This document shows positions 54,203 through 64,000 of a stretch of 64,000 nt of DNA, piece by piece. Every line of letters starts with the position of its first letter. The first letter of the stretch is position 1. Source of the stretch: Raja brachyura (lineage: Eukaryota); NCBI GenBank assembly GCA_963514005.1, contig OY740813.1:23064001-23128000 (forward strand). The letters run 5' to 3'. Made by a program: the position numbers and the translations under genes. The notes beneath the pieces were generated by a model. It was given only the letters and a program-made list of their open reading frames with translations, was not told the DNA's origin and did not search any database.

Positions 54203-55284
54203 GGCGGGCACAGAGGTACAGCGGTAGCGTTGCTTGCTGCCTGACAGCGCCAGAGGCCCAGGTTTAATCCTGACCATGGGTGCTATCTGTACAGTTTGTA
54301 CGTTCTCCTTGTGACCGCGTGGGATTTTCCCCGGGTGCTCCAGTTTCCTCCCACATTCCAAAGACGTACAGGTTTATAGGTTAATTGGCTTTGGTAAAAA
54401 TTGTAAATTGTCCCTAGTCATAGCCATTGAGTGATACAGTATGGAAATAGGCCCTTCGGCCCAGCTTGCCCACACCGGCCAACAATGTCCCAGCCACACT
54501 AGTCCTACTTGCCTGCGCTTGGTCCATATCCCTCCAAACTAGTCCTATCCATGTACCTGTCTGTTTCTTAAACTATGGGATAGTCCCAGCCTCAACTACC
54601 TCCTCTGGCAGCTTGTTCCATACACCCACTACCCTTTGTGCGAAAACGTTACTCCTCAGATTCCTATTAAATCTTTTCCCCTTCACCTTGAACCAATGTC
54701 TTCGATTCCCCTATTCTGGGCAAGAGACTCTGTGCATCTACCCGATCTATTCCTCTCATGATTTGGTACACCTCTATAAGATCACCCCCTCATCCTCCTG
54801 CACTCCATGGAATAGAGACACAAGCTACTCAACGTCTCCCGATAGCTCACATCCTCTAGTCCTGGCAACATCCTCGTAAATCATTTCTGAACCCTTTCAA
54901 GCTTGACAATATCTTTCCTATAACATGGTGCCCAGAACCGAACACAATATTCTGGATGCGGTCTCACCAACATCTTATACAACTGCAACATGATCTCCCA
55001 CCTTCTATACTCAATACCCTGACTGATGAAGGCCAATGTGCCAAAAGCCTTTTTGACCACCTTATCTACCTGCGACTCGACCTTCAAGGAACCATGCACC
55101 TGTACTCCTAGATCCCTCCGCTCTCCAACACTACCCAAAGGCCTACCATTTACTATGTAGATCCTGCCCTTGTTCGACGTCCCAAAATGCAACAAGTGTG
55201 CAAAATGCATGAGGGCGATCGCTGGATAGCGCGGACACAGTGAGTGGAAGTGCTTGTTTCCGAGTTGTATCTCTAAAGTCTAAA
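54203..55284 (+). mobile_element. HE1-type SINE split by a CR1 insertion
   Basis: Head and V-domain at 54203-54418; tail resumes at 55196-55284 (gatcgctgg...tgtatctctaaa). Confidence 0.8.
54419..55195 (-). mobile_element. CR1 3' fragment nested in an HE1-type SINE
   Basis: ORF 54881-55210 (RDLGVQVHGSLKV...LYKMLVRPHPEYCVRFWAP). Confidence 0.9.
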
Positions 55285-55416
55285 TCTGCAGTCCCTTGTG
55301 TCTCTTATAACACAGTGAATTAGAGAAGCCGTTTGCCAGTCGGAAGTCAGGCATCTAGATGGTACTGAAATCGAGCAATTTGAACGTTTAAGTGTTATTG
55401 CACCAAGGTTTAATTA

Positions 55417-55587
<171 letters not shown>

Positions 55588-55829
55588 TCAGAACTCTCAC
55601 CCGAAATAAAGCAGTCATTTGTAGTGATACTGCTTTGTTACGTTCTGCAAGCATTTGACAAGATTATTTTAAATATAAAACTTGTGATAAGGATGAGAGG
55701 CCTGTAAAAAAAAAAGTACAGAGGATGAAGAGTGACAAAAAGAAAATAAGTAAAATTCACAATTTTACTTCCTCCCAGTGCTTAAGGTAGTGAAATGCTC
55801 TTAGTTTCTTTTCTAAGAAACAGTTGATA

Positions 55830-56110
55830 GATTATGTGCAGCGACATCTCAGAAATGCCAATGGGATAACAAAAACGTTCTATTTTGGCAGAGCCAATTG
55901 CGGAGACAAATATTGAAATGAATCTGAGGCAACTGCTTTTAACTCTCCTTTGAATAGCACAATGGGGACTTCTCCTTCCATCTAGGACAGTAGGCTAGCC
56001 TCAGTGTAACATTCAATCCAAGGAGGATGCCCCAACATTAACCGCTCCCTTACAGCAGCATCAGCCCAGATTGCACTCTCGCTCTGGTGGAACAAACTCT
56101 GTCAGATCAG
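55830..56110 (-). mobile_element. Highly decayed Deu-domain SINE
   Basis: aactctcctttgaatagcacaatgggga..tccatct...cctcagtgtaacattcaatccaagg resembles the reverse Deu core. Confidence 0.5.
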
Positions 56111-56314
56111 CTTAAGAAGCCTCCAATGATGTTACACATAAGGAATCAAAACTAAGTTCAGTCTTCACCCATAGCAGAGTTCAAAAAGATGAGGATACAC
56201 GCTGGGAGGCATCGCCAGATGACCAAGGCTTATGAAACTTCATCAAAACCAAGGATAGGTCACGCAAACAAAACATTGCAACCGCCACTTCCTTTATTAT
56301 AGCTGACTAACTTC

Positions 56315-56550
56315 TAGTTTAGTTTAGAGATACAGCATAGAAACAGGCCCATCGGCCCACCAAGTCTATGTGAGCATTGATCACCCATTCACATTGGTCT
56401 GTTATCCCACTTTCCCCATCCACTTTCTGCACAGTAGGAGCAACGTAGAGGCCAATTAACGTACAAACCCGCACGTCTCTAGGATGTGGGAGTAAACTGG
56501 GCACCCTGGGGAAATCCATGCCATCACAGGGGAACATGCAAACTCCACAT
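56315..56550 (-). mobile_element. HE1-type SINE, partial
   Basis: Tail and V-domain present. Confidence 0.75.
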
Positions 56551-56793
56551 TTGCTGGATATTTCCCACATTTTATTTTTTATCATCACATTTACTGATTT
56601 TTTTTTGTCAGGATTTCTTTCTTATGTCCTTATTGATTATTTTCTGAGGAATTGAATCTCTCCAACAACAGATTTAAAATCAAATGTCACGCTCACACTT
56701 TGAACAGTTATAATTGTGCAAGTTTTCAAAAGCATGTGGAACAAACACACAAACCCAAATTAAAAACTAAAATTCACCAGGCACATTACTTAC

Positions 56794-56891
56794 TAAATGT
56801 TACTTGCAATGTAATGAATCTTGGAGCAGTTCTTATCTGCAACAACCATTCCCTCGGTTGCTCTGGTATCAGCACCCAGGATTACACCATC
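56794..56891 (-). CDS. PSMB7: PSMB7 exon 3 ([33 protein letters not shown]), with Asp17 and Lys33
   Basis: Polypyrimidine tract ctttttccccttcAG, donor GTAAGT; 98 nt; canonical GADTRAT...DKNCSKIH motif. Confidence 0.98.
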
Positions 56892-56949
56892 CTGAAGGGG
56901 AAAAAGTAAAGCTTATGATATTAGTTAACCAGATCATGATTTTCTAATG

Positions 56950-57190
56950 GAAGATAGACACAAAAAGCTGGAGTAACTCAGCGGGGCAGCACCATCTCTG
57001 GAGAGAAGGGATGGGTGACGTTTCGAGTCGAGACCGTTCTTCAGACTGCAGACTTCTGAATAAAGAAGGGTCTCGACCCGAAATGTCACCCATCCCTTCT
57101 CTCCAGAGATGCTGTCTGTCCCGCTGCGTTCCTCCAGCCTTTTGTGCCTATCTTCGGTTGAAGCCAGCATCTGCAGTTCTTTCCTGCACA
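56950..57190. mobile_element. Palindromic (head-to-head) Penelope-pLTR-derived non-autonomous element
   Basis: About 92-bp inverted arms at 56950-57041 and 57062-57155, each with a degenerate hammerhead motif, plus a tail to about 57190. Confidence 0.8.
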
Positions 57191-58229
57191 TCTTTTTTTA
57201 AATGATCATGTGGGAGAAGCAAAAGTGGTGTCAGGAAGGCCAGGAGATGTTGCTGGACAAAATCTCAAAACCAAATGTGGCATTATTCGTGCTGACTATA
57301 ATCAAATTCTATAAAGCACACGTCCAAGTTGGAGAGGATTCATTAAGTGGAGATGCAAATAGACTTGGAGTGTTAGTGCAGGATTTCCAAAAGGTTAATT
57401 TACAAATTGAGTCAGCATTCATCTCAAGGGGACGATAATATAAAAGCAAGGAGTTTTGCATGCTATCCAAACAGATCAGATATACCATACAAATATACGA
57501 TCAAGTCAAACTCAAGTACAAATAGGAAGACACAGAGTGCCAAATATAGTTCTCAGCATTGTAGCGCATCAGATCTATAAAGTCCATTGAGGGGTCTCAA
57601 CAGACTAGGTAGTGGAAGCGTGTCTTATGTGGTGGAGGGGTTTATGGATGAGAAAGGGAAAAAAGGGAAAAGAATTAAGAGTGACGTAAGTTTTTCTTTT
57701 TTTTTTTACACAGTGCGGTTAGAATCTGGAATGCGATGTCTGTAGAGATGGTGGTGGCAGGTTTAACTGTGACCTAAGAGGGAAATGGATATAAATCTGG
57801 AGGAAAAAAATATTCAAAATTATGGAGAGTGGGTAGAACTCAAAGGTTACTCCAACACATAGCCAGCACAGATAAAACAAATGGCAACCTCTTGTATTGT
57901 AACCTTTCTATGAATGTGGAGTGCTTTAACTGAGAAGCACTCCCTGGACAACATTTTAATGACACGTGCAACCTGTCTTTAAAGAAGAGGAATGTAAATG
58001 GGAATCGATATCTTTAAAATACCGTTCTACAGTGGCTTTACAGTGCTTACATATTAACAAGTGACGTTGGCTGCTTTGTAGCGGTAATGTGCACCCGGAG
58101 GTTCGTCTGTCTGAGATGGTGGATGGAAAGTGCATATTGTATCAGACTAATGAAATTATCCCATGTTCATCCCCAGACAAGCTGTGGTTGTATTTTTGGT
58201 GTAGAAAACTGCTACAAATGGGTCTGTTA

Positions 58230-58874
58230 TGGGCCTGTCCTACCATTGCTTCCTTCACCAGCGCGTTATACAGGCGGGAGACAGGGCAAGCGGGGGGAGC
58301 GCTGTCTGAGTGAAATTCACATGGTGCAAAGCCAAGGTGATACAGACACACACACACCTCGATCACCAGGAAAGTTGGCGCTGTAATTAAGATGGCTAAA
58401 GCACAGTGTATGGTAAGTCCTTTAAAGGAGGGGGGTAGAGGGGAGGATAAGGGGGAGAAGGAGTAGAGACAACTTTTAAGAAACCAGAGATACACGGCTG
58501 TGAAGCTCGGCGGACATTAACATTACCGGTTGGTTATCCTTGGATCTGAAAAGTACCGATTACGTTTTTTCCCCCCCAATGAGCCAATGAAATTCACCGG
58601 TCAGCATCGGCTACAACCTACGAGAACCTTCGATCTCCTGGCAACCCACTAGGACCACCTGGCGACCCACCAACGAGAATTTTCGTTACTCTCCATGGCG
58701 GCTTCATTCTGGTCACCTCTAATTTCTCAAAGTGTTGAAAAATTTGTGGTGATTATAATGAGGCTGCAACTAGTTCACAGAATGCGACCATGAAGGCGAT
58801 CCCCCCCCACAACAAACACCCGCGATCATGTGGCGACTACAGTCTCCTGCAGTCGCCTATGTGGGGCAGGCCCA
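58230..58874. mobile_element. Harbinger-type non-autonomous element, 645 bp
   Basis: TIR TGGGCCTGyCCyAC (14 bp, 2 mismatches); TTA TSD at 58227-29 and 58875-77. Confidence 0.75.
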
Positions 58875-59225
58875 TTACTTATTTTTGTGGATATGATATA
58901 ATGTTACATTTCTAATACAAACAGATTTGAAATCTCTCTAATCATACAATATAATTGGAGCAGTGATTAGCATTTGCAGAATAAGACAATTAATTCTGAA
59001 CAATGACGAATTTTGTTTTAAAACATCTTCTGCTGACCATTGCAATTTCACTCATTAAATCAGACGAATATTAAGGCTGCAATTAATAGTAGTCTACTAT
59101 TTAACTAATATCGATTATTGTTTAACTTTCAAATGGCTAAATATAATGTCTCAGATCCACGATGCTTATGCAGTAATTAAAAAAAGTAAATTAAGAACCA
59201 GTTTAACAGGTCAAACGCAGAATAC

Positions 59226-59319
59226 CTTGAATATAACCCCTGCAATTGTGGTACCAGTTTTCCTTGCTTCAATAACTTTCAAGCCTTGTTTGGTAAGTTG
59301 AGCCTCAATGAATGCATTC
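59226..59319 (-). CDS. PSMB7: PSMB7 exon 2 ([22 protein letters not shown]|TTIAGVIFK), with propeptide cleavage site and catalytic Thr1
   Basis: Acceptor ctgcAG, donor GTatt; 94 nt and in phase with exon 1; RKTG-TTIAG gives a 43-aa propeptide. Confidence 0.97.
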
Positions 59320-60054
59320 CTGCAGATGAGAAAATGTATACATTATTACAAAAGCAAATTAAACTGATTGGATTCACCAGTAGGAAGTTTAGGTTTACTA
59401 TTGTCACATATACTGAGGTGCAGTGAAAAGCTTTTGTTTTGCATACCATCCAAACAGATCTGATATATCATATGTAAACACAATCAAGTCACCCCAAATA
59501 CTTAATAGTTAGAGCAAAGGGGAAGATACAGAGTACGGTATATAGCTTTCAGCATTAGAGCACATTGGTTCCTCGTCCACATCGGTCTAGTGAAGAATTG
59601 GACAGTTCCCTCACTTGTGGAAGGAACGTTCAGATGCCAAATTAATGAATGTTGGAAAAGGGAGGTAGATTGATCAAAATTATGGTGGGGGGAGGGGGGG
59701 TAAGTGAGGTTTGTTGATCGCTGACAGATGGGGGGGTGGTTGGTTACTGAGGGGATATTTGCTATTGGGGGATGGGGGTCGGGGGTGGGGGGTCGAGAAA
59801 GGGGGGGTCGATCTTGGTGTCGAGATATGGGGTGGGGATGGAAGGGGAGGGGGTGGACCGGCAGGCGTGTGGGCCTGGGGCTGCGTTCTCCCTCCTCTAC
59901 CCGGGCCTGGTCCGGGCCGGGCCGAGCTGCCGAGTCATCCTCCGCCGCACTAGGCCCGGAGCGGCTGCGAGCGCCATGCAAGCGGCTGGAGCGGCTGCGA
60001 GCGCCGGGGCAGGGGCAGCCCTCGGGCCCGCTGTCCCCGCCGACCGACACTCAC

Positions 60055-60116
60055 CGCCGGCAGTTCTGGAAACTGAAGCCGCCCGCCGGCTCGCGGTGAA
60101 CAGCGAGCGCCGCCAT
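60055..60116 (-). CDS. PSMB7: PSMB7 coding exon 1 (MAALAVHREPAGGFSFQNCR-R), start of propeptide
   Basis: ATG at 60116-60114 in GC-rich context; GGFSFxNCRR motif typical of the beta-2 propeptide; donor GTGAGT at 60054-60049; 62 nt. Confidence 0.96.
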
Positions 60117-60170
60117 GACAGTGTGGCCGGATGTGACGGAGGGTGCGGGCCGCGAGCTGACGCATGTTCC

Positions 60171-60263
60171 GGGGGCGGGGTCAGCAAGGGGGGCGGGGTC
60201 AGTAAGGGGGGCGGGGTCAGTAAGGGGGGGAGGGGTCAGGAAGGGGGGGGAGGGGTCAGTGAG
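60171..60263. repeat. Promoter minisatellite, 5 units of about 18-20 bp, GGGGG(C/A)GGGGTCAGNAAG
   Basis: Units read directly at 60171, 60189, 60207, 60225 and 60244. Confidence 0.85.
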
Positions 60264-60591
60264 GGGGGAGGAGGGGAGGGGGAATGTGAGTTTCTCCACT
60301 TTGGTGGCAAGAACTGGAAGGCAGATTTAGATTATTGTCTGAATGGTGTCAGATTAGGAAAAGGAAAGGTGTGACGAGACCTGGGTGTTTTTCTTCTGTC
60401 GTGTGTCGTTTAGACCTGCAGCTCCGTTGAGGCGAGCCAGGCCAACGTGTCACCGTCCAGGTCAATCAGACCATTCGGTGGCCGGTGTTTAGGGCAACTG
60501 GTGACTATGTGCTGGGTGCGATTGTGCATCAGTCACTGAAAGTAAGCATGCAGGTACAGCGTACACAGGTACAGTGAAGAAAGCTAAGAAG

Positions 60592-61122
60592 CTTGGTCCG
60601 CAATAACCAGCCCGACCTCCCAGTGGCTCAGCACTTCAACTCCCCCTCCCACTCCGTATCCGACCTCTCGGTCCTGGGCCTCCTCCACGGCCAGAGTGAG
60701 CAACACCGCAAGTTGGAGGAACAGCACCTCATATTCCGCTTGGGGAGTCTGCATCCTCTGGGCTTAAACATTGAATTTTCTCAATTCTGTTAACCCAGAC
60801 TGCCTCCTCCCCACCTCTCCCTCAGCCCTCGGGCCCTGACATTCCTTCTCCATCTCCCCCCCCCCCCCCCCCCCCAGTCGCACTAGCTTCTCATTTTCAC
60901 ACTACAAACAGCTTACAATGGCCTGCTTCCTTTATCACCAATACTTTTTGTAATATCTTTCACTCATTGTTCTTTATCTCTCCACATCACTGTTTATATC
61001 TCTCGTTTCCCTGATCCCTGACCAGTCTGAAGAAGGGTCTCGACCCGAAACGTCGCCTATCTCCTTCGCTCCTTAGATGCTGCTGCACCCGCTGAGTTTC
61101 TCCAGCCTTTTGTGTAACCCCC
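60592..61122 (+). mobile_element. 5'-truncated Penelope-like element (GIY-YIG C-terminus plus 3' pLTR) with 12-bp TSD
   Basis: ORF 60593-60793 (PVAQHFNSPSHS...RKLEEQHLIFRLGSLHPLGLN) resembles the PLE endonuclease end; direct repeat AAAGCTAAGAAG at 60580-60591 and 61123-61134. Confidence 0.85.
61024..61057 (+). ncRNA. Minimal type-I hammerhead ribozyme motif in the Penelope pLTR
   Basis: CTGAAGA (61027-33), extra A, stem II GGGT-CTCG-ACCC, GAAA (61047-50), C, GTC cleavage triplet (61052-54); palindromic ACGT as stem III. Stem I is weak. Confidence 0.65.
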
Positions 61123-62675
61123 AAAGCTAAGAAGATAGCGAGTGTTCAAGAAGGAACTGCAGATGCGGGAAAATCGAAGGTAGACAAAAGTGCAGAAGGT
61201 GGACACTTTTGTCTACCTAAGATGATAGCGAGACGATTAGAGTTTAGGAGCAAGGAGGTCCTTCTGCAGTTGTACAGGGCCCTGGTGAAACAGCACCAGG
61301 AGTATTGTGTGCAGTTTTGGTCTCCTAATTTGAGGAAGGACATTGTTGCTATTGAGGGAGTGCAGCGTAAGTTCACCAGGTTAATTCCCGGGATGGCGGG
61401 ACTGACATATGATGATAAAATGGGTTGAATGGGCTTGTATTCACTGGAAATTAGGATGAGAGGGGATCTTGTAGATACATATACAATTCTTAAAGGATTG
61501 GACAGGCTAGAGGCAGAAAAAATGTTCCCGATGTTGCAGAATTCCAGAACCACACTCCCAGTTCAAGAATAAGGGATAGGCAATTTAGGACGCTGATGAG
61601 GAAAGAAAATTCTGCCAGAGAATTGTGAATCTGTGAAAATCTCCCTCCCCCCCCCCCCCCAGTCGCTCCACTCCCTCGGGCTTGATCTCTGGCAATTTCT
61701 CACTCCCAACTCTCACTCAATGTTGGCAGCCCTGAAAAAGGACATATAAATAAACATGCTGCTGTTGTTAATTGAAAGAGGCCAACTGGAGATAGAATTG
61801 TAGAGTTGTGTGTTTTAGTTTCATGTGTGATAGTTGGATTTCAAACATTTGGGCCTTGAGAAGTGCTGGGATTTGATTGGCATTCAACCAGAACTTCGCA
61901 ATTTGTACTCCAGGTCTCAGGATATAAACCAGCTAAAGGGTAAACCAGGTTTTGTTTTCTCCAGTGTGTCATCATGCAAACAGATGCTCAATGCCACTTC
62001 TCTTTCCTCACTGTAATTTTTTTGTTGTCTATTTGATATTCTCTCAGGTATGCGGTTGGCTTCGTGCAGGTGTGCAGATAAACATGTTAATTCCAGCCTG
62101 GTTTGTTTTTAAAAAAAAAAATCACTGTTTATGGCTCCATCTACTGAGCAGTTTAGAAATTAGATGAAGCAAAACAAAGACAGCGTGCTGTGAGTAAAAG
62201 CAACTCAGCTCAGTTTATTGTTACGTGCTCCGACGTACAGTGAAACGTTTTTTATGCGTGCTAACCAGTCAGCGGACAGACAGTACATGATTACAATCGA
62301 TCCATTTACTGTGTGATGATACGCTCCACCAACTCTGCCTTTAAATCAAGCCCGCGATACAAAGCTTCCATTTTATGCGTTATTTATTGCAGTTAATGCA
62401 GCTGACTTTATATTCAGAGGATCAAATGAATACCCATGTACAACTTGTAAAAAATCATTTGGGGTACAGTGGTTAAATTAACAGCGTTCCAAAAACATGG
62501 ACCAATACAACTGAGAGGTATTAAAAAAACATACTTTACCTAATTAAGCTGTTCTGACATTCAAAAAAGTCCAAATAAGTTCATTTGAGCATTTCTGCCT
62601 ACTCATAATAAACTCTCATCGTTTTGTTTATTGAGAATCTTTCTGTCTCTGCCCAAAAACAATGAAAGGTCCTGA

Positions 62676-63030
62676 AAGAACACAAAGTGCTGGAGTAACT
62701 CAGCAGGTCAGGCCGCATCTCGGGAGAACATGAAAAGGTGACGCTTTGGGTCGAGACTTTTTCTGATTGACAAGCTGAATCAGTCTGAAGAAGGTGTCTC
62801 AACGTGAAACATCACCTATCCGTATTGTCTGACCTGTTGAGTTACTCCAGCATTTTGTGACCTTTTGTGTATCAATCTGCAGTTCTTTGTTTCTTCAATT
62901 AAAGATTTGGGATCCTACTTTAGATCCGACCCGAGCCATCACCTATCCATTTTCTCCAGAGATGCCGCCTGACCCACTGAGTTACTCCAACATTTTGTGT
63001 TGGTATAAACCAGCATCTGTAGTTTCTTTT
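62676..63030. mobile_element. Palindromic pLTR-derived element followed by a further monomer
   Basis: Inverted arms at about 62676-62765 and 62780-62895; another tail copy at about 62925-63030. Confidence 0.7.
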
Positions 63031-63119
63031 CATTACATCCATTACAGGGATTTGATGTCAACCATGCAAATGAAGTTGTCTCCCTATGAGAGCTGACTAA
63101 TTATAGCTAGAGCGCTGTA

Positions 63120-63570
63120 GTCGGGCTATAGCTCGTGGTTTGGGAACAGTTCCATCCAAAACTGCAAGAAATTGCAGAGAATCGCAGCCCAGACCATCAC
63201 ACAAACGAACCTCCCTTCCATTGACTCCATCTACACTTCACGTTGCCACGGCAAGGCCACTAGCATAATAAAGGACGAACCTCACCCTTTTCTCCCCTCT
63301 ATCATCAGGCAAGAGATACAGAAGTGTGAAAACGCATTGCTCCAGACTCAGTGACAGTTTCTTACCACCTGTTATCAGGCCATTGAACCATCCTACCAAC
63401 AACTAGTAAGAGCGGTCCTGAGCTACCATCTACCTCATTGGAGACCCTCGGACTATCTTTATTTGGACTTTACTGGACCTTACCTTGCACTAAATGTTTT
63501 CCCCTTTATCCTGAATCTGTACACTGTGGACAGCTTGATTGTGATCATATACAGTCTTTCGACTGACTGG
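63120..63570 (+). mobile_element. Rex1/Babar-like LINE 3' fragment
   Basis: LQRIAAQTITQTNLPSIDSIYTSRC..KATSIIKD..HP motif plus 3' UTR. Confidence 0.7.
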
Positions 63571-63589
63571 AAAACTAAACTAAACTACA

Positions 63590-64000
63590 GAGCTGCACAG
63601 AATTGAAGCGGACCTATCAGCCCACCATTTTCATGCTGTCCCTTTTGCCCATTTACCCTAATCCCATTTGCCTGCAATAGGACTGTATCGTTCCATGCAT
63701 TGTCTTTTTTGGTACCCGTCTAAAGATAGTGATTCTATCTGGTTCCAAACCACCTCTGGCAGTCAGTTCCAGATATCACCCACTTTCTGTGTAAAATAAT
63801 CTTACCCTTTTAAGGTCCATTTAAAACGCGATTTTCTCACCTTAAAACCGGGCCTGCTTATTTTAATACCCATACCATGGGGAAATTATTCTGCCTCGCT
63901 ATCTTGTCTATGCCTCTTATAATGTACATACCTCATTCTGGTCACCCTTCAGCCTCTTTCACTCCAGGGGAAAACAAACCCAGCGTAATCAATCTCTGCT
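63590..64000 (-). mobile_element. Decayed CR1 3' fragment
   Basis: Homologous to the other minus-strand CR1 ends (ttctcaccttaaa, cacctctggcag..ttccagat). Confidence 0.65.

Larger units (their letters stand above)
59850..60285 (-). promoter_or_regulatory. CpG island and TATA-less promoter of PSMB7 with GC boxes and ETS-like sites
   Basis: Strongly CpG-rich in an AT-rich window; GGGGCGGGG boxes at about 60171, 60189 and 60207; CCGGATGT at about 60127 and TTCCGG at about 60167. Confidence 0.8.
60285..61640 (+). mobile_element. CR1 fragment immediately upstream of the PSMB7 promoter, carrying three later insertions
   Basis: CEFLHFGGKN..DYCLNG (from 60285) and ORF 61222-61428 (EVLLQLYRALVK..EYCVQFWSP). 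Confidence 0.8.

Noticed and set aside
54203-54290. tRNA-like sequences at SINE heads
   Set aside because: They continue into the V-domain and CR1-like tail, so they are SINEs and not tRNA genes.
59502-60374. Long ORFs of 123-200 aa around the promoter
   Set aside because: Products of stop-poor GC-rich sequence and the G-rich minisatellite. Only 60055-60116 is real coding sequence, and the end of 59772-60374 is CR1.

Overview
Eukaryotic genomic DNA, AT-rich and repeat-dense. The repeat content (HE1/V-SINE-like, CR1, Penelope-like) points to a cartilaginous fish, probably a skate or ray. The window holds one complete gene on the minus strand: PSMB7 (20S proteasome beta-2, trypsin-like subunit). 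It has 8 GT-AG coding exons (62+94+98+141+116+59+152+112 = 834 nt, 277 aa plus stop), running from the ATG at 60116 to the TGA at 2934, with a CpG-rich, GC-box promoter and an AATAAA signal. The ORF track misses almost all of it. Introns 5 (20.3 kb) and 6 (19.0 kb) are very large and include repeat-poor stretches that look like conserved non-coding elements. The rest is decayed CR1 and Rex1/Babar LINEs, HE1-type and Deu-domain SINEs, three Harbinger-type MITEs (TTA target sites) and one hAT element (8-bp TSD). The most interesting signal is a high-copy Penelope-derived short repeat carrying a minimal hammerhead-ribozyme motif. It occurs as monomers and as head-to-head palindromes; the one fully intact copy I found lies outside the PSMB7 transcription unit. 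Repeat boundaries are read by eye and approximate unless TSDs or TIRs are given.
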